A stretch of 64,000 bases of DNA, from the NCBI GenBank assembly GCA_951406725.2, contig OX597816.1, forward strand, positions 32,674,001 through 32,738,000, written 5' to 3'. Each line of letters opens with the position of its first letter. The first letter of the stretch is position 1. This document shows, in pieces, positions 1-12,380 of this stretch. Both the position numbers and the translations under genes were made by a program. The DNA comes from Octopus vulgaris (taxonomy: Eukaryota). The notes under the pieces are model-generated. The model saw only the letters and a program-made list of their open reading frames with translations, had not been told where the DNA came from and ran no database searches.

Positions 1-164
1 GGCCTACAAAGATGCAACTCAGGATAATAGAAGAACAAACCCCACCAAAATTATTTGGAGTATAGTTGCAAAATATGGATGGGTGAAAATAAAACAACGG
101 AAAAAGAAAGGTAGAAGAAAGAGAATTATAGGTAGTGCACACATAACGTAAACTTAAATACATA

Positions 165-1237
165 TACTAAACAGACTGACACAAAAATATATTCACCCAT
201 GCCTCAGGCCTATCTCTGACCATCTGTGTGTCAGTCGTCACAAAATTGAATGCATACTGACAGACACATACACCTTTACATACACTCACATACATATACT
301 TCTCAGTCATTGGCCTAGCATACGACACGTACGCACACGCACACACACGCAAATACACATACGCAGTCATATCAAAATGTGACGTGGTATTTGTGGTTTT
401 GGTGTTGGTAGAGGTGGTTGTGTTAGTGATGTTGATAGTGCTGGCGGTTGTATAAAATGTGATTTACAATACTTGACTTATAGAAAGATTATAATATAAA
501 ATTTTTGTAATGCAAATATGTAATGGAAAATAAATTGCATTTGGTAACCGAAAGATTACCAAATCTTTTGATATCCATATGTCAAAATCAGCAACTAAAT
601 ATACGAATGCATGAGGACACACTAAAAGACATATACATATGTATGTGTAGCTGTGTGTGCCTGTGTCCATGTGTTTAACTGTCTGAGGTCTAACATGTAG
701 AAATTATCACACATACATTCTGACATACACTTACATACACATACTAAGACAAACACACACAGTCATACATTCCCGCTCACCTCAGACCTAAATCTGTCAT
801 TCTATGTGTCACTCTCTGCGTTTAGATGTGTATATGTTTGTGTGTGTTTCAGTCGTCACAAAAATGTATGAATACTGACACACACATCTCACATACAGTC
901 ACACACAAATACTTTTCATTCATCGGCCTAACGTACGTAACGAACGTCGCATAGAGGATGTGACGCTGTCGACGTCGTTGTCGTCGTATACAAATTTTTC
1001 ATGAACGATGACTTATAGAATTCTTATAATGTCAGATTTTTGTAATGCAGATATGGAATTGTAAAGTTATTTTATTTGGTAACTGCAACATTACTGAATC
1101 GTGTGATACCCTATACGTCAAAATCCGCAACAAAGTTTACGAATGTATAAGGAACACAAGCACACATGCACACGCACAGACACATATACTCACACACACA
1201 CACATAAAATCTGTTTTATATATATACACACACGCAT

Positions 1238-1240
<3 letters not shown>
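165..1240. repeat. Diverged tandem duplication, two units of about 550-600 bp
   Basis: TCAGTCGTCACAAAA...ATACTGAC at ~231 recurs at ~849. GACTTATAGAA...TTTTTGTAATGCA...TTTGGTAAC...GTCAAAATC at ~476-590 recurs at ~1010-1125. Confidence 0.75.
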
Positions 1241-1300
<60 letters not shown>

Positions 1301-1593
1301 AGAAGGGATGGTATTATTACAATATCGTGACGTGTGGGATGCGATTGATCAGCGGTAGAAGAAAATTTATAAAATATATACATACAAAATATGTGTACAG
1401 AAGTATCTTTTTCTACTCATGAAATTGTTGTCGTTCTTTTATCGTTCGTCTTCTTCTGGACTATGATCCAAGTGTAAAACAGCCACTCTTTCATGCTTTG
1501 TGTGTCTTACGAATCGTTTTGTGTGTGTTACGTCCACGCATTGTTCTTCTTGTCTTTTTCACCGTTTTTTTCTTTCAACTACCTATTTAATTA

Positions 1594-1642
<49 letters not shown>

Positions 1643-1688
1643 ATGTAGATAGACAGACAGCTATATACATAGCTGGATACAAACATAT

Positions 1689-1719
<31 letters not shown>

Positions 1720-2653
1720 CATGCATACATACATAATGATAAACATATAGATATGGTGTCGGTTGACATGAGCGGAATTTGATGTACATTTTTCAGTTTT
1801 CCATTGAAGTAATGGGAATTAAAGCTATAATGTAACTTCGAATCCACAATTTATATGTAAAAAGACGGTGAAGAGAAAGTGCAATATATAATTGCTGCAT
1901 TGTCTTCATCGATTCCATTGCTATATTTCAACATACTGGCACATTCGTGTTTCAAATTACCACAATTTTCCCAATCTGTCCAAAATTGTTAAAAGTGATG
2001 GCTATTACATCGTAGTTTCCCTGTCTAGTCTCAAATCATTCATTTTTTAAATTAAAGAGTGTGTTTCGGAATCTTTGATTAAGTGATTTCATACATAAAA
2101 AAATATGAACTCCATTTTGTGAAATTACCAGTCTCTCTTTTGCTGAAAATATACAAGAAATAACTATTTCTATAAAATGAAAAGAAATATCGAATTACGT
2201 GGAGACGAAGAAAGTGGTTATCATAATATAATTTTGAATTGAAATAAATTTGAATATATGTTTACTTGGCATTAATTTAAAAAATGGTATGTGGCAAAAG
2301 ACAGACCGTTTCGACCTGAATAATGATATAATGCTAAGCTGATATTTATAAATCTGTTCCGAAAATTGCGTGTACATAATAATAAGTATTAGTGCGCTAA
2401 TTAACTTCAAATATTTGGTAATATGTACGAAAAGAAATTATGGTTTGTTTATGTTACTTAGGTTTCAGTCTTAGATACTTAGATTAACATATACGGGATG
2501 TAATGAAAAACAACCAATTTCCAACATCAAGAACAGTACATATACATATATGCCTGTCTACTTACGAATATACATATTTATACATGTATCTATCTATCTC
2601 CCTCTCTCTATATATATAAATATATATAACCATACATACACACACACACACAG

Positions 2654-2721
<68 letters not shown>

Positions 2722-3289
2722 ATAGCATGTTACGACATGAATGACGAGAACGTATGTTGCTACGTATCGCTGGTCAGAAAGAGTTTTGCGTACTTATAAC
2801 ATTTGAATAATGCCACCCCAGTCACAAGAAAAGTTGGTCGAAATTTGCCTGATCAGAAGGATAGTCAGTCGAAGTATTACCCATTTCTAGCTGCGTGGAT
2901 TTGATCAACGGGAAACGTCATGTTTCACACAAGAACGCAATGCGCAGCCTGTTTCGGAATAGAAACTGGCAAGGAAGAATATAGAACCAACAATAAAATA
3001 TATTAACAAGCCATGAAGATATGGTAATTATTTAGCTCCAAACACAAGAGGAAGACACGAATTAAAATCATCCCATTAGAATAGAAGTATTTCAAGGAGA
3101 ATTGCTCTCTCCTCTTATTTTCTTTATGGCAATCGATCCTCAACCATCTTTTCTGTGTGGATGATCTATAAAGGTGCGCTGACATTCTGACATCTATAAA
3201 GGTTCGCTGATATTCGTATGCTGAATATAAAGGTGTGATGTGATAACGGTGAAATCTTGAATGCACTAAGTTCAATCAATTTTATTACT

Positions 3290-4400
3290 AACTTATTTTC
3301 ATTAGTTAGACTGACAACTCTCTGTTCAAAGAATGCGTTAACTATTTTGTAGCGATTTCTATGGAAAATGGTCAAAAGTTGAAATCGGGATTTTATCCTG
3401 TACCTGCAGAAAAACAGTTTAGTCTCCCAAACTTACATGGTAATAAGGTCACCAGATTAGGAGATGGTAATCAAGCTATATCAACAGTAGAACGGTATGC
3501 AGAAGAATTTAGAAGGGGGAAAGGGTGAATTGGGGAATGATCCAAGATTTGGACGTCCACTAACGCCAATGCGCGAAACATCGATCGTGACAACCACATG
3601 ATACTGGATGACAGACATATCGACTATAAATCATATACTTTGAGAGCTTTGAGAATAATTTGTACGTTGAATTTAGTATGCTAAAGATTTCTTATTTCTT
3701 TATTGCCCACAAGGGGCTAAACATAGAGGTGACAATCAAGGACAAACAAAGGGATTAAGTCGAATACATCGACCCCAGTGCGTAACTGGTACTTAATTTA
3801 TCGACCCCGAAGGGATGAGATTCGAAGTCCACCTCGGTGGAATTTGAACTCAGAACGTATGCTAAAGATTTCTGTATGGTAGGCACCATGTCTTCTGACA
3901 CTTAACCAAATCTTACCAGGCTGAGCATATCACGTGAAGATTGAACGTTATTGTGACGGATCCTGTTGGCTTCCTTTCACGTTTCCTAAACCAGTATGAA
4001 TGTTGTGTTCATCATCTTGAGCACGAAACAGAGACACAATCCATACAGTGGGAACGCCCTTCCTCGGCTGCTCTAAAGAAGGCCAAGGTCATTTCATCAA
4101 CAGGGTATGTAATGGTCTAAGTTTTCTTGGATAGAAAGAACTTCAAGCGTATTGATTTTCTTTAAACGGGCTATGCCATGATGGAGAGCACTACGTAAAC
4201 TTGTTTTTGTGAAAGGCTATCGAAACCAAACGCACATGGAAAGTGGTGATCAATGTTTTGTTTCTTCAGGATAATGATCAAGCACACAAATCTTTGGATT
4301 CAATGGCTACTGTGCACCTGGCTTTGAACTAGTTGATCCCCCTTCCTATCCTCCTGATTTGGTGCCATCTGTCCCTCGTCTGCCCCGCTCCCCAACAATT
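3290..4400 (+). mobile_element. Degenerate mariner transposase remnant, interrupted by a SINE
   Basis: Frameshifted translation gives mariner motifs: NDPRFGRP (~3535), VHHLEHETETQSIQWE (~4005-4055), KKAKVISSTG.VM (~4076), LFLQDN.QAHKS (~4258) and GFELVD...YPPDLVPS (~4320-4370, the YSPDLAP motif). Confidence 0.85.
3693..3856 (-). mobile_element. 5'-truncated tRNA-derived SINE (family A) with a 17-bp TSD
   Basis: Same sequence as the copies at 34596 and 55481. Flanked by GTATGCTAAAGATTTCT at 3676-3692 and 3857-3873. Confidence 0.9.
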
Positions 4401-4692
4401 GAATTCAAGTGCTGCAACATTGATAGAAGAGTTGTGTTGTCCACAAGGTGGACTATGTGGAAAAATAAACCTCATTTAGATGCACATTCTGAGTAAACGG
4501 GCCTATATATAAACACTTCAGCAGACACTTGTAAAAATAATAGCACGAAAACAAACTACAGCACACACCCAACGATTGATGAAAATAAGTCCATTGAATA
4601 ACAGGAACAGCGACAATAACATCAACAATAACAACAATAGTAATAATAATAACAACAATAACAACAACAATAATAATAATAATAATAATAAT

Positions 4693-4830
4693 ATTTACAA
4701 CACAAAAAACAACCAAATATATGGCACACTAGGCATAACAACAACATGAACTTCCAACCTGTTGTCTCTTGAGGTCTCCGGGTGAGACTTGGAGCCAACT
4801 TGTACAAATATAAAGCAAAAGTCAAACATA
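4693..4830 (+). mobile_element. Probable 3' UTR fragment of a (TAA)n-targeting non-LTR element (Dong/R4-like)
   Basis: About 140 bp of complex sequence embedded between (AAT)n tracts, the same layout as the Dong-like fragment at 39732. The family assignment is inference. Confidence 0.4.
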
Positions 4831-4848
4831 TAATAATAATAATAATAA

Positions 4849-5580
4849 TCTTTATATATATATAAAACTGAGAATGTATGTCTGTCTGTCTATGTGTTTC
4901 CCTAAAACTTGAAAACTACACAATCAATTACATTCAAATTTACACATGCGTTACTTAGGATCCATGAAGTTCCATGGACAAAAAATGTTCAACTTGTTGC
5001 CTAGAGCGAGCCCATAGCAATATCATATCTTCTCCACTATTTCAGTATTACGTGTTAAAAGTAAAACAAAAATATTTCTCTATTTTATGTCAGATGCTTT
5101 CACTTTAACAATAAAAATAATAACAATTGAATTATATGTAGTAAGTAATAATTAAAATCAAACTAAAGTATAATTTAATCGTAACATAACAAAAACTAAA
5201 AATAGCAATTGGTATAAAATCGCATCAATGATTTGAACTTGAGTAAGTGGTTTCACATGTATGGGAATAAATTAGAAATAAAATTAGCGTGCAGAAATGG
5301 AATAGTCCAGATGGATAATAAAAAATTGAATTAAAGAAAAGACTATTTTCCTATAAGATATACAATGTAGAGAAAAAAGAAGAGCCAATAATTCCAGTCT
5401 GTTATATATTTTGAGCATTGTTATCACTAGCGATATCAAGATATAACTTTGTATTTTGCATTTTATGTGTAGATGTATAGATATAGATGTACATGTAATA
5501 TGTACACACATATATATATATATACACATATATGCGTGCACTAGCAATATGTCCCGGCAACGACGGGTCTTTAATGCTAG
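4849..5580 (+). mobile_element. Non-autonomous Helitron
   Basis: Begins with TC after an A (4848|4849) and ends CTAG|T (5577-5581). Subterminal hairpin CCCG-GCAACGA-CGGG at 5553-5567. No TSD. Start TCTTTATATATATAAAA followed by (TGTC)n is typical of invertebrate Helitrons. Confidence 0.8.
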
Positions 5581-6893
5581 TATTAATAATAAAAATGATG
5601 AATTTCCAATTACAGAAAATTAATAAATATATGCGAACTAAATGACATTGGATATTTTTTTTTTGTTTCTCTACTAATGGCATTTGATGTATATTCTTGA
5701 TCCGTTTTCTGTTTCTTCATTGACTTCTTCTAAGGACTAGATTTTGAGTAATATTAGACAAGACTGCACTTATTTCTGGCAGCAGAACTGCTTTCATTCA
5801 TGTTTATATTTAAAATAATTCTAAGTAGATTTCAATATTGATTTCTATACTCTAACTCGATTTATGATTAGATGTTTGGTGTAGGTTGATTTTACATCAT
5901 GAATAGATTGTTTAAATTTAACATTTGGAATTGTTATTTTGTTTATATACTCTAAATCAATCATGGCATGTAAAAACAATGTTTTCCCATAAAGCACTGA
6001 AGTAGCATTCAGCCCTCGGATAATAGCAATAAGTGGTTCTAAGATACTGTATTCTGATAAATTACTGAGGGTAAGTTCATTCAACTGCCCTGAGGACAAA
6101 AAACGTTGGGACGGATTGGTATGGAACATTTCTAAACGTTCCAAGAAGTGTTTCAAGATGCGTAATGTGCTCCCCACTGCTCAGAACAATGCTTAGTGTT
6201 TCCCAGTTTTGCAACCTGATAGCTGTGAATCATTGAACATGTAAGACAATACATGCAAGTTTCACTTGGGGATATTGAAGGAAACTTATATAGAAGGAGA
6301 CGATTATATAAAACAAGTACTTACCAGTGTATATGAGTACTTGCACGACCGTAAACCTGATCAGATTGTGTCTTCCTAGCCCATCCGTCTTTAATCATGG
6401 CAGTTCCGTTCGGATGTTCAGTAAGCGACGTCCGAATGTCAGAGGGAAAGTGTGCTCTGTCCCAATCTATACTCGTTCTCTATTACTTACCTAGAATTCT
6501 ATGTTCTTTTGTTCCAAATTACAACTATTTATTGATTTTCATTATTGGTATTTTACACACATTTCAGGCGAATCATTTAAAATTGGAGTTATAGAAACAT
6601 CTTCCCTTTGCAGAAAATGTAAGAGGACCAATCAAGATTGCCATGTGATGATATATTAGTCAAGTGATGTCGGTATACATCAAATCTGCCTGAAAAATTT
6701 AGAGAAAGAATCCTTTTTCACATTAACAGAAACCTCCCCTCTTATACGGGAAAGCGTTTTCCTTTGTGAAAAAGATATTCTGATGTGGATGTGACTGAAT
6801 AATCTTCATTTTACGCGTTAAAGGGAGAGTGAAGTTAAACATGGGGAAGTTAAATTAGTTGAATAAAAGAGTAGGTTCGGAATTCCACCAGAA

Positions 6894-6935
6894 CACCTGA
6901 TGAAGGCTGGAGAGTACATCAGCCGAAACGTTGTG
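6894..6935 (+). ncRNA. Minimal type-I hammerhead ribozyme motif (PLE type)
   Basis: CAC-CTGATGA-A-GGCTG(GAGAGTACAT)CAGCC-GAAAC-GTT-GTG. Intact core, 5-bp stem II, palindromic ACGT stem III, stem I CAC/GTG. Confidence 0.75.
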
Positions 6936-7369
6936 ATAATAACAAAGAAGCTCTAATAAATTATATGAAAATTTAGTCGGAATGGCGAAGAGTTTGTGGT
7001 AATGGTAAGAATTGACAAATGTGAGCAATTTTCATTGGGGTAAGTCAGCTGTAAATTCCATTCAAGAAAACGCCATCAAAAGTTAGTCGGGAAAAGCCTA
7101 CAAAAACTTCGAGATTTGTGTCATTTTCTGATTCACACGTAGCAGTTACCTAACTTATTGGGGCATATTGGAATTTCTTTAATATTTGTTTTTCTTCCCA
7201 GGTATCTACATACGTGCTATCCTTCTCGCTTGTTATTAAGCATTCATGGCTAATAAATAATTCCTATTCGCTCTCATAGTCTTCGTTGTCGTCATCATCA
7301 CTATCATCATCTTATCATTCAATATTAATGATATTATTACCATTAATGCAACAAGTTTACAGATTTCGT

Positions 7370-7550
7370 AGCAAAATTTTTAATGGCATTTCGTCCGTTT
7401 TCCCGTTCTGATTTCAAATTTTATCGAGGTCGATTTTCCCTTTGTTTCTTCCAGTCTCAATGAAATGAGTATCATTTGAAATCTGGTGCCGATAATATCC
7501 ATTTTACACACTTCTCGGTACTTGCTGGCGTTGTGCCAAAATTTGAAACT
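7370..7550 (+). mobile_element. Highly degenerate SINE family A copy
   Basis: CATTTCGTCCG...CGTTCTGATTTCAAATTTTATCGAGGTCGATTTTCCCTTT matches the family A copy at 55481. Confidence 0.6.
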
Positions 7551-7561
7551 TATACTGCTAT

Positions 7562-8060
7562 TAATGAGTCATGGAGTAGCTGATATCATAAAAGTGATAC
7601 TGAGGTACAAATATACGTAATAATGTAATAATGGTACACGTCAGACAAGGGTACATGTGCACAACATTGTGATCTCATATCAAGATAAACAGCGCAATAT
7701 AGTCAGAAATTTCTTCAGATCAAATAGGCTATCTTTCTCAAAAGTCCACAAATATGGGTTGTTTAAAGACGATGAACGGATCTCCCATGTTACCAGATGT
7801 AAATATTTCAAACCCCAAAGAACTCTCCATACATGGCTATGATGCTCCCCCATTACTCTCGCTAGAGATAAGAGATGTACGTATCATAAGCCACTTAGGG
7901 ACGTATTCAACCGATTAAGGCCAAGCCATTGACAAGCAAATCTGCGGTATTGAGCATTGTGTCTGCTGCCGACATCTAATAAACAAGACAAAATATATAC
8001 ATGCTGACTCTTCCAATAAGCTAAGATCAGAAGCCACGAGAGCCCCGCCCTGATACGACG
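7562..8060 (-). mobile_element. Interspersed repeat whose 3' end matches the (TAA)n-embedded fragment at 39491-39640
   Basis: The reverse complement of 7565-7690 (TATCTTGATATGAGATCAC...CGTATATTT..ACCTCAGT.TCACTTT.ATG) aligns with 39491-39640. The right-hand boundary is approximate. Confidence 0.55.
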
Positions 8061-8124
8061 AGAGCAATTTATTTTTATTGTTGTTTTCTATCTATTCTAT
8101 TTGTTTGAGACGAGCAATTATGTA

Positions 8125-8495
8125 CAATATTTATAATGGAAGGATAGGTACCCTCCCTTGTTTGTTGTTTTCACAACGTTTTAGCTGATGTACTCTCCAG
8201 CAGTCATCATGTGTTCTGGTGGAATTTCGAACCCACACCATTGACTAATTGGGTACACTATTCTCATTCCCAATGTAAGTTGCTGATGTAATTCTTGTTG
8301 ATATTATTTTTCAAGTCCCTGTCTGGGCCGCACGTCATAGGAATGGGAACAGTGTACCACATTACTAGTCAAATAAAAGAGTAGGTTCGGAATTCCACCA
8401 GAACACTTGATGAAGGCTGGAGAGTACATCAGTCGATACGTTGTGATAATAACAAAGAAGGTGAGGCGACATATCCGTCCATTGTAAATAATGTT
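8125..8495. repeat. Inverted pair of PLE terminal-repeat fragments, each with a decayed hammerhead
   Basis: 8125-8233 is the reverse complement of ~8385-8495. 8366-8460 is a near-identical direct copy of 6856-6950. Confidence 0.8.
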
Positions 8496-9098
8496 GTTGT
8501 CGTTTTGGCCTTTCTTGTAGTTGTCAATGTTGGCAGTAGTGGTGGTGGGTGTGAGGGCTAGTTTCAGATTATTTTATTTCTGCCATACTTGAGACAAAAT
8601 TTTGTGCATATATTATTGGCATGCTCTGTATACATTTATGTTTCTCAGTAATTCTAATTCCGTTATCATAGATATCTCTATGTTTATGAGAAATACGTCA
8701 ATGATTTTATAGAATTATTTGCATCATTCCAGTTCTACTATTCGTAAAATGACGCGTTGCGCTTAATCCAATTACTATCTCCATGCAAAGCCTTAGAATT
8801 TCGGCTCGCTTTTACATAATACTAAAGAGTTTCAGTATTAAAATTTCAATTACTAACATAATTATACTAATATAACGCATTGCTGGATATACTGGTAATA
8901 ACCTCAAGTATAGACTGTTCTATTACATAGTTTAGTTCTGTTTGCTAAAATTCTACATTAGACGTCAATGTCGTTTTTTGAACCACTATATTACCAATGC
9001 TGTTAATAAAGATGCGAACACCATGTACGAAAGAATATAGACTTATACATTATTTACAATATATAAGTATTTATTTAGCCGAAAGTTGAGGGATTCAA

Positions 9099-9150
<52 letters not shown>

Positions 9151-9152
<2 letters not shown>

Positions 9153-9378
9153 GGAGTAAACACATAAACGTGAAACAAGGTGGAAAAAAGAGTACTCAAA
9201 TACCAGTGGTAGAGTAATATGCTTTATTTAAAGCAGCAGAAAATTCAACAAAACCTGTTATTCTGAGTTTCAAGTTTCCGTTCGTCGGACTGTTTTTGCT
9301 AGAAAAACTGTCCGACGAACGGAAACTTGAAACTCAGAATAACAGGTTTTGTTGAATTTTCTGCTGCTTTAAATAAAG
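9151..9378. repeat. Perfect 69-bp inverted repeat inside (TA)n, with a hammerhead-like motif in the arms
   Basis: Arms 9222-9290 and 9310-9378 with a 19-nt spacer. Motif CTGT-CCGACGA-ACGGAAACTT-GAAAC-TCAGA-ATA-ACAG at 9308-9345. Confidence 0.9.
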
Positions 9379-9766
9379 TATATATATATATATATATATT
9401 AATAGTTATCGGCAGTCCATAAAAATGGGATGAATGTTGCATTTGATTAGCTGCAAGAAGTCATCGGCTCCAGTTAGCTATATGACACACACACCTGTTT
9501 CAAGTTCAACCTTCTAAAAGGAGAGGTCGTCAGCTACCCCTTGTTGGTTCGATATCCACAGACTAAATCGGGGTTTTTTGTCCCTTATCAAAGTGGAGTA
9601 ACCGAAAACACCAGGCGTCGCTCTTCAGTGTCTGTTCGAGGGAAAGGTGATGGCCTCCCTTGTTCGAAGGCTGTAATAGCTAGAGTTGATGGCGTCTTGG
9701 AGCTAATCAACAGCAGCTTTTTCTTATTTTTCTGGACGGCCATGTTAGTTTGACGATATATGTTAA

Positions 9767-9813
9767 TAGATAGATAGATAGAAAAATAGATAGATAGATA
9801 GATAGATAGATAT

Positions 9814-9871
<58 letters not shown>

Positions 9872-9885
9872 TAGATATAGATATA
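9767..9885. repeat. (GATA)n microsatellite
   Basis: Direct observation. Confidence 0.95.
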
Positions 9886-10204
9886 AATTTATTAAAATGT
9901 CTAGATTACTAAGTGTGCAAGTCTGTACCAGTATTGTAAGAAATAAAATTCAAAATAATACTTAGCCCCGACCAGAGCACTTTCTATACACTGACTATGG
10001 AGAAAGCATCCCTACAAATATATGTACATAATAAATGATAGAGACGCCAAATGGAATATACGGGAACATATATTGCTAACACAGGTCGTTTCGTCTCATT
10101 CTTCACGGAACCCTTGTGGCGCATCCTTCTGTGCAGATGCGTCTTATCAGATGACTTTACAAGGTGTTTCTCGGAAAATAAACATTGTTTCGTTCGGTTA
10201 TAAA

Positions 10205-11395
10205 ATAGTAAGCGAAAGTTTACGAAAATAAACAAAAGATGAAGGCAGATGGAGTACAAGCAAATGTATTAGTATAGAGCTTAGGAATAGAAAAAAGTAT
10301 TTTACGTTTCGAGCCTACGCTCTTCGACAAAAAAAACGAGGAGAGAAAACAATGCGTGTAGGAGCTAATGATCTATCATGGTGTCCTGACTTCGGACAGT
10401 GGTCAGACGCGAGAGGGACAGTATGGGAGATAACAGGGTCAAGTGACTTTCAATACGAAGGTGCTCCCAACACAAAGGTGCGTGTGTATATAAGAGTGTA
10501 TGTATGTGCGTGTGAAAGAGGGCTGGTTGTCTGGGCGTGTGTATGTATGTGTAGGTGTGGAGATGTAGGGATGGGTAGGTGGATGATGTGTGGTGATGTG
10601 ATATGTGTATATATGTGTAGGTGTAAAGATGTGGGGATGGGTGTGTAGGTGGTGTGTTGTGATGTGATGTGTAATGTTGTATGGTGTAGTGTAGTGTGGT
10701 GTGATGTTGTGGGGAGGTGGGGGAGGCAAGAGTGGGGAAAGCACAGCTGGGGTGTGGGTATGGCTCGAGTTTCGAGTAAAGTGGGGTTTGTGGGTAGGTC
10801 GAGGGTGGGGTTAGAGGTGAGGTATGTGGGGGAGGGGGATGGGTTAGGGCTGAGGTGTGTGGGAAAGGAGTGGGAAGGATAGGGAAGGTGGAATAGGGGT
10901 AGGTGAATTTAAGGGGGGAAGTGAGTATATGAGAAGAGAGAGGAGGAGAGAAGAAGAGAAGAGAGGGGGACGGGAGATGGGAGGAGGGAAGGGGAGAAAA
11001 CTGGGAAAGGGATAGGGGTGAAGAGGAGGAGGGAGAAAGATGGAGGAGGTAGAGAAGGGGAGGAGGAGGGAGGGAGGTTGGAAGAGGGGAGAGAATGGGA
11101 GTGAGGGAGCAGAGAGAAAGAGAGAAGGGAGAAGAGGGTAGGGAAAAAGAGGGAAAGAGAGTAGGGGTGAAAAGATGTAGGAGGGAAGAGAAGTAGGAGT
11201 CGGGGAGGAGGTTAGATGAAAGTGGGGAATTGAGCCGAAATGGCGTAAAAGAACGAAGAGAGAAGATTAATCCCTGTTCACGGCGCAAGCGGGAATCCGG
11301 ATGGCATCTGTGCAAGGACAATCCGAACACAGGAGTTGCAAGGAGTCTGTTGTTAGTGGCCGTTGATGTAAGCCATTGGTCCACGCCGGGTGAAT
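10205..11395 (-). mobile_element. 3' end of a Penelope-like element: GIY-YIG C-terminus, pyrimidine-rich UTR and pLTR with a hammerhead variant
   Basis: Minus-strand translation RLRREQGLIFSLRSFTPFRLN resembles the PLE endonuclease end R..RE..LIF.L....P.GLN. 10207-10381 aligns with 48302-48508 and with ~27590-27790. Confidence 0.75.
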
Positions 11396-12191
11396 ACTAG
11401 GTACCTACCCAATACTGAAACAATTACTCATATATATTTTCATCTAAGAAGATTTTTGTGACATGTACTTTGTAGAATATTTTTACAGGATGTAAACCAT
11501 ACCTTTTTATTTATTTTCTCATTGTTCTTTTATGTATCATGAATGGCACTAATTTTTTTTCATATTCCTAATATTTGAGGGGGAAATAAGTTGATGTAAG
11601 AACATTTAATATTTAATGATATTCCACTTCTTACATTTCGTAGTGTCACAATGAAATTGTACGAACATAAGTACCTTGCTATTGATGTTCTTTTGTTGAT
11701 GGTGTTCTAATGAAATGGCTAATATCAAAAACGTTCCAAAGCACCCCATTTCCTTATTAATTACGTCTAGTGTGAAGCTTGCGCGAATATCGTATTTTCC
11801 AAGAAATATCCCTCATCCGTTTTGAAGAAATATGGATTGCAATTTGCAGCAGTACGCCGACAACATAGAAGCCACTGCTATGATTTGTAAGAATTTAACA
11901 CATCATCACTAGCATCTGTTTAACTTCGTCACTGAAAATCATCCCGACTGAGAATGATTGTTGTGGTGTTATCATTTTAGAATGTCATTACATCTGTAAT
12001 GTGATATCATTGACGAGAAAAGAAACAGTAAATTGGACAATAATATACAGTGGTTGACCTGAGACTTTAGAACATAAAACTAGACACAAGAACCGAATTA
12101 AATATAACTAAGCGTGCGCAATGCCACCATTTCTATTGATTTAATTTTATTTCCAATTATGGTAATATTTGTCTTCACTTTTTTTCAAGCG

Positions 12192-12380
12192 TTAACCTTG
12201 AATGCAATAGTTTTTCATTTTTCTTCCATGGATGCTTTGCCGCACTTATAGGTGACTTATAGGCGATTTGATGTAATGGATAAAAGTGTAAAAAGACTGC
12301 TAGCCTTGAAAAATTGTTTTCCTACCAGAAGTGGACTGCGCAGACCGCTCGCCTCAAGTAGCTATTGCATAAAGTGTAAA
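12192..12380. mobile_element. Possible piggyBac-type MITE
   Basis: TTAACCTTGAATGCAATAG at the left end and CTATTGCATAAAGTGTAAA at the right end form imperfect TIRs. The right TTAA is mutated. Confidence 0.35.

Noticed and set aside
10365-11384. 339-aa Pro/Ser/Leu-rich ORF
   Set aside because: Only the first ~55 codons resemble a PLE endonuclease end. The rest is read-through of a low-complexity pyrimidine-rich UTR.
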